Assembly: GCA_965652295.1 (NCBI GenBank)
Contig: CBFGTS010000002.1
Span: 160,001-224,000, forward strand
DNA: 64,000 nt
DNA from: an uncultured Haloferula sp.
GTDB taxonomy: Bacteria > Verrucomicrobiota > Verrucomicrobiia > Verrucomicrobiales > Akkermansiaceae
Direction: 5' to 3'
The position numbers and the translations under genes were made by a program. Each line of letters opens with the position of its first letter. Position 1 is the stretch's first letter. Positions 46,965 through 60,300 of this stretch are shown piece by piece. A model generated the notes under the pieces. The model had not been told where the DNA came from and searched no databases. It was given only the letters and a program-made list of their open reading frames with translations.

Positions 46965-47435
46965 TCACCGAAGGATCCCAATGATCGCTGCGGCGAATGC
47001 GGCCAAAGCGACGAACCACTTCACCGCCTGCAACCCGAGTGCTTGTCGGCTCCCGGTCCCGCCCCGAAGAAACACCGCCAACCGGGGGGCCATCCACGCA
47101 GCCATTGAAACGACCAGGACACCCGCGATGGCCCAGCGGAGCACCCACCTCGGATTCTCGATGATCATCGAAAGAACACTGATCCCGAGAACAAAAAGCC
47201 CGGTCACCGTCAAAACCACGATCCCGATTCGAAAAACCTGCAATCGCCGATCGTTTCTGATTTCCTCCGGCTCGTCACGGTGTTCTCCGAGAACCAGCAC
47301 CCTCACCCCGCCGACCGCAGCCGGGCCCCACAGGCTGGACACACAGCCATCCAGAACCACCGCATCGACGCCATCTTCCGCCTGTTCGGCCGCGAAAAGC
47401 GCAGCGTCCTCGTAAGTTGGAAAATGGAGAATCAT
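46965..47435 (-). CDS. hypothetical membrane protein
   Basis: Small soluble N-domain (F.TYE.A....GV.AVVLD...GGVRVLV) plus ~3 TM segments; weaker codon bias. Confidence 0.55.
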   Translation of the reverse strand: MILHFPTYEDAALFAAEQAEDGVDAVVLDGCVSSLWGPAAVGGVRVLVLGEHRDEPEEIRNDRRLQVFRIGIVVLTVTGLFVLGISVLSMIIENPRWVLRWAIAGVLVVSMAAWMAPRLAVFLRGGTGSRQALGLQAVKWFVALAAFAAAIIGILR

Positions 47436-47595
47436 CTGAGATCCGGGTATAGGAGCACCTTTTCGGGCATTGAGCACCTTCATTTCTCAACCCATCCCTG
47501 CCCAAGAGCAGCCAACAGGTGTCCGATCTGATCCAGATCTACCGACTGCGCCAAAGCCTTGCGGCCCGCCACCGGGGTCTCTTTACTCGCCGCCG

Positions 47596-47889
47596 ATGGC
47601 CACCGACCACATCGACGTCCGCTACGTCGCCGGGCTTGCCCGGCTCCATCTCACCGACGAGGAATGCGCGGTTTTCCAACCGCAGCTCGACGCGATCCTC
47701 AACCACGCCCGCAGCCTGCTTGATCTCGACGTCGAGGGCATCGAGCCCACCGCCCATGCCGTGCCCGTCTATGACGTGATGCGCGACGACACCCCCGGCG
47801 AGAGCCTGCCGGTGGAACGCGTGCTGGCCAACGCCCCGGAACAAGCCCAACAGCAAATCCGGGTGCCCAAGGTGATCGCCGACGCCTGA
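47596..47889 (+). CDS. gatC: Asp/Glu-tRNA amidotransferase subunit C
   Basis: IDVRYVA.LARL.L..EE, LDV.G.EPT.H, R.D, L.NAP, VPKVI; directly upstream of gatA. Confidence 0.93.
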   Translation: MATDHIDVRYVAGLARLHLTDEECAVFQPQLDAILNHARSLLDLDVEGIEPTAHAVPVYDVMRDDTPGESLPVERVLANAPEQAQQQIRVPKVIADA

Positions 47890-47915
47890 TCATCCCTGCC
47901 CTCCTTTTCCTTACC

Positions 47916-49331
47916 ATGTCTCTCTCGCAAGAATCCATCGCCGGCCTCCGCAGACGCCTCTCCGCCGGGGAAATCACCGCCGTCGATCTCATCGACGACC
48001 TCGTCACCGCCGTCGAGGCCCGCAATCCGGAAATCGGCGCCTACCTTTCCTACGATGTCGAGGATGCCCGCAAGGCCGCCGCGGCGGCCGACCTGTCGCT
48101 GCCGCTGGGCGGCATCCCGATCGGACTGAAGGACAACATGAACGTCCTCGGCCAACCGTGCACCTGCGGTTCCAAGTTCCTTCAAGGCGGATACATCGCG
48201 CCCTACGACGCCACCGTAACCAGTCGACTCCGCTCGGCGGGTGCGATCCCCTTCGGCCGGCTGAACATGGACGAATTCGCCATGGGTTCCTCCACGGAAA
48301 ACTCCGCTCTGGGAAAAACCGTCAACCCCCACTCGGCCCAACACATTCCCGGAGGTTCATCCGGCGGGTCCGCAGCGGCGGTCGCGGCCGGGCTGGCAGT
48401 CGCCACCCTCGGTTCCGACACCGGCGGATCGATCCGTCAGCCCGCCTCGCACTGCGGCGTGATCGGCCTCAAACCCTCCTACGGCCGCGTTTCCCGCTAC
48501 GGACTCGTGGCCTTCGCTTCGTCGCTCGACCAGATCGGTCCGCTGACCCGCACGGTCGAAGACGCGGCGCTGGTCCTTCAAGCCATTGCCGGGCACGACC
48601 CGCGCGATTCCACCTCGCTGGATGCACCAGTGCCCGACTACCTCGGCGGACTCGACGACGGTGTGACCGGTCTGAAACTGGGCCTGCCGAAGGAGTATTT
48701 CGGCGATGGCATCGACCCCTCGGTGCGCGAAACCGTGATGGCCGCCGTTTCGAAACTGGAAAAGGCCGGCGCGGAAATCGTGGAGATTTCCCTGCCGCAC
48801 ACCGAACATGCGGTCGCCACCTACTACATCATCGCGCCCGCCGAGGCGTCGTCCAACCTCTCCCGGTTCGACGGCATCCGCTACGGTGTCCGCAAGGGCG
48901 AGGGCGAGTTGCTTGAGGTGTATCGGGATTCCCGCGAGCACGGATTCGGGGCCGAGGTGAAGCGACGCATCCTGCTCGGTACCTACGTCCTCTCGTCCGG
49001 TTACTACGATGCCTATTACAACCGCGCCCAAAAGGTCCGCACCCTGATCCGCCGGGATTTCACGGAGGCTTTTGGAAAGGTCGATGCGATCCTCTCGCCG
49101 GTGGCACCCTCGGCGGCCCGGCGCATCGGGGTGAATGCCGACAATCCTCTCCAAGAGTATCTTTCCGACATCTTCACTATCGCCGCCAACCTCGCAGGGA
49201 TCTGCGGCATTTCCGTGCCGGTGGGTGCCGCAAACGACCACGGCACCTCGCTGCCAGTGGGTCTGCAAATCCTCGGTAAACATCTAGGCGAGGACACCCT
49301 GCTTCGGGTCGCACGCGCCGCCGAAGCCTGA
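47916..49331 (+). CDS. gatA: Asp/Glu-tRNA amidotransferase subunit A
   Basis: KDN, NMDEFAMGSSTENS, PGGSSGGSAAAVA, GSDTGGSIRQPA, SSNL.RFDG.RYG, EVKRRI.LGTYVLSSGYYDAYY. Confidence 0.97.
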   Translation: MSLSQESIAGLRRRLSAGEITAVDLIDDLVTAVEARNPEIGAYLSYDVEDARKAAAAADLSLPLGGIPIGLKDNMNVLGQPCTCGSKFLQGGYIAPYDATVTSRLRSAGAIPFGRLNMDEFAMGSSTENSALGKTVNPHSAQHIPGGSSGGSAAAVAAGLAVATLGSDTGGSIRQPASHCGVIGLKPSYGRVSRYGLVAFASSLDQIGPLTRTVEDAALVLQAIAGHDPRDSTSLDAPVPDYLGGLDDGVTGLKLGLPKEYFGDGIDPSVRETVMAAVSKLEKAGAEIVEISLPHTEHAVATYYIIAPAEASSNLSRFDGIRYGVRKGEGELLEVYRDSREHGFGAEVKRRILLGTYVLSSGYYDAYYNRAQKVRTLIRRDFTEAFGKVDAILSPVAPSAARRIGVNADNPLQEYLSDIFTIAANLAGICGISVPVGAANDHGTSLPVGLQILGKHLGEDTLLRVARAAEA

Positions 49332-49345
49332 CCCTTTCTCCATCC

Positions 49346-50233
49346 ATGCCCGAACCGCTGCCCACGACCGACATCGAAATCTTCGGCGCGGCTTCGCGGT
49401 TCCATGTCGTGAGGGCGGACGATAGCGATTCCCGCCCTTGGATGCTCGAAGGCGGTCTCTGCCCGCTGCTCGTTCAACACGACATCGCCCACGTCGGCAT
49501 CATGGAGGCCAGCCGGCCGTTCAAGATCGTCCGCGCCAATCAAGGGGGCACCTTCATGCTGGCCTGTTTCGCGGGCGAAGGACTGGTGCTCTCCGAAGGG
49601 CGATGGCTACGGGTCCGGGCAGGCGAGGCCTGCCTCCAGCCACCGTTCGTCACCAACGTGTTGCGCATCGAGGGTCCGGAACCGTGGAAATTCGCCTGGG
49701 TCCGCTACCACGAGGAGCGCGAGCGCGTGCCGATTCTCTCCTCGAACTCGCCCGTCAGCGGTCGTTTCGATCCCGAGCCGCTCCGCTCCGCCATCATCGG
49801 CCTGCACGCGGAATCCTGCGGCACCGGCTCGCCTTCCGCCATGCACCACTGGGTCGAGCTCATCCACCACTACGTGGTCAGCTTCGCCCAGCCACACATG
49901 AGCGACTCCCGGCTGTGGCGCGTGTGGCACGCCGTGGAGGCCGATCTGAAGCATGGTTGGAGCCTCACCGAGCTGGCCTCGATCGCCTGCGTGAGTGAGG
50001 AACACCTGCGCCGCATCTGTAAAAAGGAACTGGGACGCAGCCCGATGAAGCATCTCACCTACCTGCGTTTCCAGCGGGCGATGCGGCTGCTTTCGGACAC
50101 CGATGACAAGATCGAGGTGATCGCCCGGGAAGTGGGCTTCGAGAACCCGTTCACTTTCTCGAACACCTTCAAGCAGTGGTTCGGCTGGCGGCCTTCCGAG
50201 CACCGCAGTCGCAAAGGTGGCACCAGTCCGTGA
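49346..50233 (+). CDS. AraC family transcriptional regulator
   Basis: C-terminal double HTH: WSL.ELA..A..S..HL.R....LG.SP..L...R...A..LL......I..IA..VGF.....FS..FK...G..PS. Confidence 0.92.
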   Translation: MPEPLPTTDIEIFGAASRFHVVRADDSDSRPWMLEGGLCPLLVQHDIAHVGIMEASRPFKIVRANQGGTFMLACFAGEGLVLSEGRWLRVRAGEACLQPPFVTNVLRIEGPEPWKFAWVRYHEERERVPILSSNSPVSGRFDPEPLRSAIIGLHAESCGTGSPSAMHHWVELIHHYVVSFAQPHMSDSRLWRVWHAVEADLKHGWSLTELASIACVSEEHLRRICKKELGRSPMKHLTYLRFQRAMRLLSDTDDKIEVIAREVGFENPFTFSNTFKQWFGWRPSEHRSRKGGTSP

Positions 50234-50267
50234 AGCCGCCCGTTCTTCAACCGGACGATCCGCCGCG

Positions 50268-51965
50268 TCACATCTTGAAAAGTCCACCCTTCTTCCCGGC
50301 GAGGCATGTCGCGCCGACGATCGCCACGGCCAGGAAAACCATCGCCCACGTCCCGAGCGCCGCAGCCAGCTCCTGGCCATTGCCGAGGTTTCCCAGCAGG
50401 GTGTAGATCGCCTTGGTGATGGGATAGTGCCGGACCTGCTCGGCAAGGATCAGGCTGTCGCTCACTTCCAGCATGGCGAAGGCGAACGCCAGAATCGAGC
50501 CGGCGGCGACGTTGGCGCCGATCAGCGGGATGGAAACGCGGACCAGCGTCCGCCAAGGCCCCGCGCCTAACGAACGCGCGGCTTCCTCCATCGCCGGATT
50601 GCTCTGTTGCAAGCCCGCCACCGCCGCGCGCACGACATACGGCAAACGCCGTACTGCATACGCCGCAATCAATAGCAACCCCGGCCCGCCGGCCAGCCCG
50701 ACCATGAAATGGAGCGGCTTGCCCTCCTGCGAAAGCGCCAAGTAACCGAAGGCGAGCACCAGCCCCGGCACGGCCAGCGGCAGCATCACCAGCGCATCCA
50801 ACAATAGCCGTCCGCGGATGTCGCTGCGCACCACCACCCAGGCGATTGCCAACCCGAACACCGCCGCCACCAGCGTGGCCGCGGAAGCATACACCAGGCT
50901 GTTCTCGATCGAGGGCACCACCAGCGGGTCTCCCAGCGCCTCCCGGAAATGCTCGAACGTCCATTCGAGCGGCAGGATCGAATCATACCAATCCTCCGAC
51001 AACGCCAGTGCCACCACACCGGCGTGCGGGACCGAGGCCAGCAGGAAAACGCCGAGAAACAACGTCGCCGCCGCGAAGGATCGGAGCGGCGGCAGCTTCA
51101 CATCCCCACCCCTGCCCTTCGGCCGTGGCTGGGCTCCGCCCGTGGACCGGCCGAAAAACCATCTCGTGAGACCGAAGACCATCGCGGACACCACCAGCAT
51201 GACCGCCACCAAGGCATACGGTGCCGGATTTCCACTGAGATCCTTGATCCCCTGAAACACCTGTACCGGGGCGACGCGGGTGTAGTTGAAAACCAGCGGC
51301 ACCCCGAGCTCGGTGAACGACCAGATGAAAACGATCGAAGCCCCCGCGAAGATCCCCGGCATCGCCAGCGGCAACGTGATCCGCCACAGCCGCCGCCACG
51401 GCGGGCATCCGAGGTTCTGCGCCGCCTGCTCCATCGCCGGATCCAGGTTCGCCAGTGCCGCGGTGATGTTCATGTAAAGAATCGGATAAAGGTGCAGCGC
51501 GTTCATCAGCACCACGCCCCAGAACCGCCCCTCGGCCAGCCAGTCGAAACGCTGGTCGCCTTCCATCAACCCGAGGTCGATCAACAGCGAGTTCAATGAG
51601 CCCGTGACACTCAGCACCCGCGTCAGCCCGATCGCCCCGACGAACGGCGGCAGCACCAACGGGATCAGGATCAACACCCCCAGCAGCTTGCGGCCGAAGA
51701 AGTCATAGCGGTGCGCGATGAGCGCCAGTGGAAACGCCAACATGAACGAGGCGAGCGTGCTCACCATACCCAACAGCAACGCGTTCCACAGGCCTTCCAC
51801 GTAGACCGGACTCCGAAAGACCTCGATTACGAAGCTGGCCGTGAAGCCGCCGCCCGGATCCCGGAACGCTTCGGAAAGCACCGAGACGGAAGGGTAAATG
51901 AAAAACACCAGGAAGATCAGGCTGATCCCCGTCACGATCCCCACCGCATGGCTGCGCTTCATCAC
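50268..51965 (-). CDS. ABC transporter permease, fused duplicate (FbpB/AfuB/ThiP type)
   Basis: Two EAA loops (MEQAAQNLG, MEEAARSLGA); ~12 TM. Confidence 0.92.
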   Translation of the reverse strand: MMKRSHAVGIVTGISLIFLVFFIYPSVSVLSEAFRDPGGGFTASFVIEVFRSPVYVEGLWNALLLGMVSTLASFMLAFPLALIAHRYDFFGRKLLGVLILIPLVLPPFVGAIGLTRVLSVTGSLNSLLIDLGLMEGDQRFDWLAEGRFWGVVLMNALHLYPILYMNITAALANLDPAMEQAAQNLGCPPWRRLWRITLPLAMPGIFAGASIVFIWSFTELGVPLVFNYTRVAPVQVFQGIKDLSGNPAPYALVAVMLVVSAMVFGLTRWFFGRSTGGAQPRPKGRGGDVKLPPLRSFAAATLFLGVFLLASVPHAGVVALALSEDWYDSILPLEWTFEHFREALGDPLVVPSIENSLVYASAATLVAAVFGLAIAWVVVRSDIRGRLLLDALVMLPLAVPGLVLAFGYLALSQEGKPLHFMVGLAGGPGLLLIAAYAVRRLPYVVRAAVAGLQQSNPAMEEAARSLGAGPWRTLVRVSIPLIGANVAAGSILAFAFAMLEVSDSLILAEQVRHYPITKAIYTLLGNLGNGQELAAALGTWAMVFLAVAIVGATCLAGKKGGLFKM

Positions 51966-53422
51966 GGGCGCACCTCCTTTCCGGCGGCGATCGCCTCATA
52001 CTGCGCCTTGAAATGCCGCGAGAGATCGGTGCTGCGACGGCTTATCTCGATCTTGCTACCCTCCTTCACCAGCGGGACCCATTCATGCATCACCTTGTCA
52101 TAGGAAATCTCGCGCAGGTCGAAGAGCGTGGCCGGATCCGAGCCACCCTCGACCACCCGCTTTTCCCATGCCTCCTTCAGCTCGTCGTGGGAGGCGATGC
52201 ACATGGCCTTGATCAAGATCCGCAACGCGTTGAAAGCCGGGCCGGTAAGCTCCGAGCGGTAGATGAAGCGCCCGGAGTGCTCGAACGGCATGGCCTCGGG
52301 ATCGGTGAAATCCTTGAGATTCGCCGGCGTGTAGAGGTCCCGCCGCACCGGCAGACGCCGCAGCGGCTTCGATCCCGGCCCGCCCTCCGCACCCGGTCTC
52401 TTGTTCCACAAAAGCTGGCCCGCCTCGCTCAGGCAGAAGGTGACGAACTCCTGCGCGATGGAGTCGTTCGGCGCTCCGCGGAACACCGCCACCGGATCCA
52501 CGCTCACCGGAGTGCCTCCGATCGGGGCGATCCATTTGAGCCGCGAGTTCCCGCCGCGTGCGACCTGTTCCTCCATCGTCCGTCCATAGAAGTCGATCGC
52601 GGTGCCCGCCGCGGCGTCGCCCAGCGCGACATCGTGCGGAATCTTGCTGGACGAGTCCGAGAAGTAGCGCGCGTTCGCACCCAGGTTCAGAATCAACAAC
52701 ATGCCTTTTTCCCACCCTTCAGCGCGGGTCTCAGGGCGATCGCCCTTCTTGCGGAGCACCTCCTGCATCTGTTCCTGGATCATCATCTCGAACGACTGCA
52801 TCACCGAGCTGCTCATCGTCGGGTCCGCCAGCGCGAGCTTGCCGAAGTACGACGGAGCCGTGAGATCGTCCCAGCGGGTCGGCGGTCGCACGCCCATCCA
52901 CTCCAGCGCGTCGAGATTATAGAGGATCCCGAACTGCGAGACGCACACCCCGACCCAGCGGTGCTCCGGATCGTAGAACGTCTGGCCGGTGAATGAAGCA
53001 GGTATCCCCCCTTCCCCGAACCACTCCGGCCGATCCGCAAAAACATCCAGCGGCGCGAGCCGGCCGAGATCCGCCTGCTTGCGGAAATCCTTTTCCCCGC
53101 CACCGAAGAAAACATCGTATTCCGTTCCCTCCCTTCCCAGCTCCGCAGCCGAGGAAAACGCGGAGTCCAGCACCCGCAGGATTTCCCCCCCGCCCGGCGG
53201 TGATCGCCAGTCGATGAACAACGGTCTGCCCGACTTCGCTTTCCAATGAGCGGCGAAAGCCTCGCCGAACTCGCGGCGGATCGATTCGTTGTGCGGCGTG
53301 AGGATGACCAGTCGGTCGGCATCCCGGTCGGACATCGCCACCTCCGTGTCCCGGCGCAGCAACAACGGCGCGGCCACGATCACCGCCAGCAGGATCAGAA
53401 CCGGCAGCAGACGCTTGGTCAT
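51962..53422 (-). CDS. ABC transporter substrate-binding protein (Fbp/Afu-like)
   Basis: N-terminal anchor; L.I.TPH, D.FFGGG, P..W.DL..P.Y, LADP..SSS, IDFYG, A..FV.F.LS..GQ. Confidence 0.85.
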   Translation of the reverse strand: MTKRLLPVLILLAVIVAAPLLLRRDTEVAMSDRDADRLVILTPHNESIRREFGEAFAAHWKAKSGRPLFIDWRSPPGGGEILRVLDSAFSSAAELGREGTEYDVFFGGGEKDFRKQADLGRLAPLDVFADRPEWFGEGGIPASFTGQTFYDPEHRWVGVCVSQFGILYNLDALEWMGVRPPTRWDDLTAPSYFGKLALADPTMSSSVMQSFEMMIQEQMQEVLRKKGDRPETRAEGWEKGMLLILNLGANARYFSDSSSKIPHDVALGDAAAGTAIDFYGRTMEEQVARGGNSRLKWIAPIGGTPVSVDPVAVFRGAPNDSIAQEFVTFCLSEAGQLLWNKRPGAEGGPGSKPLRRLPVRRDLYTPANLKDFTDPEAMPFEHSGRFIYRSELTGPAFNALRILIKAMCIASHDELKEAWEKRVVEGGSDPATLFDLREISYDKVMHEWVPLVKEGSKIEISRRSTDLSRHFKAQYEAIAAGKEVRP

Positions 53423-54486
53423 GGTTTCATCACCACCACGTCGGCATGGCGGACCGAGAGTTTCACCGTCCCCTCACCCGGAACCCGGAGGACCTCCGGG
53501 TTCAGTTCCACCACCTGCTGCACGCCCGCCGCCATCTCCACCGTGTAGCGGATGGTCTTGCCCAAATAACTGCGATCCCGCACCACGCCCTCAATCGTGT
53601 TCCCCTCACCGTGGTTGATGGTCCACGACTCCGGGCGCACCGAAAGCATCACTTCGTCGGTCGTCTTCGCCGGCTCATCGTCCCATCCGATCAGACGGCC
53701 GACCAAATCGCCCGCCGCCGTCCGCACCCGCGCGAAATCTCCCCGCACCTCCTGCAGGTGCCCCTTGATCAGGTTCGTTTCCCCGATAAACCCCGCCACG
53801 AACGGCGTGCGGGGCGAACGGTAGATCTCCTCCGGTGTCCCCAGTTGCTCGATCCGTCCGCCGTTCAACACCGCGAGCCGGTCGGCCATCTCCAGAGCCT
53901 CCTCCTGATCGTGGGTCACGTAGATCGCGGTGAGTCCGCCTTCCTTCACGATCCGCCGGATTTCCCTCCGCATCTCGACCCGGAGCTTCGCGTCCAGGTT
54001 GGAAAGCGGTTCGTCGAGCAGCAGACAGCGCGGCCGCACGACCAACGCTCGGGCCAGAGCGACGCGTTGCTGCTGGCCGCCGGAAAGCTGATCCACGCTC
54101 CGATCGGCCATCGCCCCGAGGTGCACGAGCTGCAGGGCCTCGCTGACCCGCTCCTCGAGCTCCTTTTTCGGTATCTTCCGTTCCTCAAGGCCGAACGCCA
54201 CGTTTCTTCCCACCGTCAGGTGCGGCCACAGCGCGTAGCTTTGGAAAACCATCGCCGCCTCCCGCTTGTGCGGAGGGAGCCGGGTCACATCCCGCCCGCC
54301 GAAATGGATGGTCCCCGAAGTCGGCGTCTCCAGACCGGCGATCGATCGCAGCAGCGTGGTCTTTCCGCAGCCGGACGAGCCCAGAAGAAAGAAAAGCTCA
54401 CCGCCTTTGACCTCGAGCGACACCCCGTCAAGAGCGGTCACCGCTCCAAATTTTTTGACGATGTTCTCAGCGCGAATCGATTCCAT
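53419..54486 (-). CDS. ABC transporter ATP-binding protein (FbpC/PotA type)
   Basis: GSSGCGKTT, MVFQSYALWPHL, LSGGQQQRVALARA, LLDEPLSNLD, VTHDQEEA; SD-like GGAGG before ATG 54486. Confidence 0.95.
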   Translation of the reverse strand: MESIRAENIVKKFGAVTALDGVSLEVKGGELFFLLGSSGCGKTTLLRSIAGLETPTSGTIHFGGRDVTRLPPHKREAAMVFQSYALWPHLTVGRNVAFGLEERKIPKKELEERVSEALQLVHLGAMADRSVDQLSGGQQQRVALARALVVRPRCLLLDEPLSNLDAKLRVEMRREIRRIVKEGGLTAIYVTHDQEEALEMADRLAVLNGGRIEQLGTPEEIYRSPRTPFVAGFIGETNLIKGHLQEVRGDFARVRTAAGDLVGRLIGWDDEPAKTTDEVMLSVRPESWTINHGEGNTIEGVVRDRSYLGKTIRYTVEMAAGVQQVVELNPEVLRVPGEGTVKLSVRHADVVVMKP

Positions 54487-54624
54487 ACCTCCCCGGCATG
54501 CTTGCCTTCCGACCTGATCTGGCAAGCTCCGAGCCAAAGGTGGAGAAATCTTCACAAACTCGAAAAGATTCTCTTGCCATCACCCGCCGCCCCCCATAAA
54601 TCCGCGGCCCACCAATCACACAGT

Positions 54625-54709
<85 letters not shown>

Positions 54710-54724
54710 TCTTTTTTACTTTCG

Positions 54725-54760
54725 AAGCCCCCCAAGAGCCCTCCAGCCTTGGGGGTTTTT
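54725..54760 (+). terminator. Rho-independent terminator after tRNA-Leu
   Basis: CCCCCAAG...CTTGGGGG stem followed by TTTTT. Confidence 0.75.
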
Positions 54761-54999
54761 CACGCCCTCGCAGCGAGAGGGGGGACGAGAACCAAGCGGA
54801 GTGGGTCCTTGTGGCCCCGGAGCCTCCTGGTTCGAATGCTCCCAAGCAAACGCAACGCTCCGGCCGTCAGGCCGCAAGCCGGCATGGATGGAGCGAAGTG
54901 GAGGCTTCCTTCCGCTTTCCCTAGCTTGATCGCCCTGCGAGGGTCGATTTCTACCCGGACGGGTGGACCTCTGGGCTCACCGCATGCATCCGACAAGCC

Positions 55000-57345
<2,346 letters not shown>

Positions 57346-57346
57346 G

Positions 57347-60300
57347 TCAAGGGTCTGTCGGTGCCAAATTGAAGGAATGCGGAGCTTGCTGGGATGCCCG
57401 GAGGCGAATGAACCGGCTTTCGGGCGGGCCATCTAAGAACGTTTCCGCGGCGCGCACGCTTTCGGGATCGCTTCCAGGATTCAGCACCTCGAGGGAGACT
57501 TCGTCCCACGTCACGAGATCCTGCGAGCTTTCCGCAACATAGGCCACATCCGCCAAAAAGGCCGGACGCTCGAAGAGCAGCATCAGCTGGGCGTCCGTGA
57601 TCGCCATTTCCGGCAGCGGCGACGCCTCCATCGGATCGCTTCCGAGCGCATACTCCATGAAATTCTCCAATCCATCTTGGTCGGGATCCACCGACGGCGC
57701 CCCGAGGCCGGATTGAAGTCCCGATGCCGTGAACGCCGAAGCGATCCAGCTCCGGTAATCGCGTGGCAGGATCGTCAGCACACCCGTCGTCGAGGATTGG
57801 TAGTCGTCGTCGAGGATGGACGCGGCGACCGGATAAGCCCCCGGCACCACCGGCGGACTACTGGATCCATCGTAAGTAACCTCCACCCCCAGTCCCCGGG
57901 GATCGGTGACCACGGAGACGGATCGCGGAGAACCGGTGTAATTCACCGCCAGGTCGGTCAATTGGATTGAAGCCTGAGGCATCGATGCCAGCTCGGCGAT
58001 TTCCCCTGAAGACAAGGCAATAGCATAGATGCGGAAATCATCGACCCGTCCGTCGAGCGCGGGATCGGCATACTGCGATCTCCCGATGTAGTTCTGGGTC
58101 GTCGCGCCGAGTGCCGCCGGCGTCAGCGCCATTCCGGAGTTCGTTCCCACCGCCGCGCCATTGACGAAGAGCGTCCCCACCCCGCCCTGCAAGGTCACGG
58201 CGACATGCGTCCAGCTCTGCGTTGGCAGAGGTCCCGTTCCGTCGATCCGCTGCTCGCCGCCCGCTCCGCCGTTCGTGATGGCAAAGCGCACCAGGTTGCT
58301 GTTTCCGGTCATCGGGGTCAGGAACATGTTCGTCTGCGTCCCGGATCCGAAATCGAAAATCCGCGTCCAGCCACCCACCGAGTCCAAGTGGACCCACGTG
58401 GCAATGGTGAAATCGCTCAGCCCGGACATCACACCAGGCGCGAAAGTCACGTGGCTCCCGCCCCCGAGGCGGATCGCCCCCCTCACCCTGCCGTTCGGCT
58501 CAGGCTCCCACACCGGACCTGCGATGAGACTTCCCTCTCTGCCCCGCCCGCTCGCGTCCGCCGCCACCGTGCCAGCGCCGTCGTCGAAACGAAGATGAGC
58601 ATGAAGCGTTCCCGCCACCGCCATCACCTCATCGCTGTTAATACTTTCCCCCACTTCATGAGCCGCGCTGACCACGTAGTAGTAAGTCACTCCCTCCACG
58701 ACGTCAGGATCGACGAAGCGGGCATCGGTCAATCCGCTGGCGAGGATGACGTAAGGCCCGCCCGGCTGCAGGGAACGCTTCACCGAATAGCTCTCCGCCC
58801 GATGGGATGCCCGCCATTTCAAACCGACCGACGAACCGGACACCCGTGAAGCCACAAACTCGCTGGGAGGAAGAGGCGGCAAGGGCCCAACCGGCATCTG
58901 ACCCTCCAAGGCGGGCCGCACCGTAGGTGAGGAGGCATCGCGCGAATGATACCCCACGTAGATGCCCGAAGTCGTCGGATCCGTGATCCGGATGGAAAGC
59001 ACCCCGTCACCTGCGGCTTCACGACGGACGAGATCGGTCACATTCAGGGAAAACTCCTGCCCTACCGAGTAACTCGATCGCCGGGCAAAGATCTCGCCCG
59101 ATCCCGCAGGCTGATTGTTCCAGTTGAGCCCATACTCGCTCCAGGTGTCGTTTTCCACCCACTCATAGGCAAGGTTGGGCGAGCCATCCACCTGGTCGGG
59201 AGTGAGCTTGAGCACGACATTGTTCGCCTGTCCGAGTTTGCTGACATCGAACTTGAGGAAGGTGTTGCGATTGAAGATCGAACCTGATGTCCCGTCATTC
59301 TTCACCGCCAGCCGCGTGTCGTTTCCAAAATTGCTTCCCGCGTCGCCGCCATCCCGCGCGAAAGTATCGGCGATCGGTTCGACCCGATAGGTCGTCGGCG
59401 TCGTCGCCACGGCAGGTCCGGCATGCGCTCCCTCCCCATACAGATTGAACCCGGATACACGATAGTAGTAGGTCGTGCCGGCATCGACGCGGTCATCCTG
59501 GAAGGTCGTTCCACTGAGGCCCGCCGCCACCTCCATGAAAGGACCGCCCGCCGATTCGGCCCTGCGGACGATGTATGACTCGGCTCCGGGAGAAGCCGTC
59601 CATGAGAGATCGATTTGATCGAACGCTGCGGCCACCGCCATCAGACCGGTGGGAGCGACGGGAGGATGCGAACTTCCGGTTGTCGCGCTCGTCTCGCTGC
59701 TCGGCTCGCTGGGACCCGCCCCGTTGATCGCCCGCACCACCCAGTGGTAGGAGGTCAATTCTGCCAGGGCGGAGTCGGTGAAGGTCGTTCCACCGAGTCC
59801 GCTCGCCACGACCTGATAAGGCCCGCCCGAGGTGGACGAGCGGAGCATTTCGTAGGTCTCCGCGCCCGCCGCAGCCGACCATGACAGGTGAATGCTTCCG
59901 TCCATCAGGGGGGCCGCCGTCAGATTCAGGGGCTGGAACGGAACCTCGCCCGACTGCCAAATCTCTCCGCCCGTCACTTCCACGAAATCGATGTTCGGCA
60001 GCCCGGCAGCCGACACCGCCTCCAGGCGAATCTCGCGCACTCCGGATGGGACGCTGGCATACACGGTCAGAAGCTCCCAGCGATCCCATCCGCCCGTCGA
60101 TGGAAAGACGATGCCTGTTGTAAGAACCTGCCCATCGACCCGCAGCTCAGCCAACCGGTCGTCCGTTCCCGCGTAGCGGAAGGTAAACGCTTTCACCGGC
60201 GATGAATCGAAGTCGAGCGTGTAGCCCAACCCCGCACCACTGAAGTTGTCGGTATTGGCAAAGCCGGGACCGGTGTAGCCGGGATGAATATCTTCGACGA

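Noticed and set aside
54829..54837. GGTTCGAAT T-loop-like motif downstream of tRNA-Leu as a second tRNA or att remnant
   Set aside because: No T-stem or cloverleaf can be formed and it does not match the tRNA-Leu 3' end.
58660..59900. Recurring similar DNA segments within the GH98 gene
   Set aside because: Explained by three FN3 protein modules; not a CRISPR or nucleic-acid-level array.
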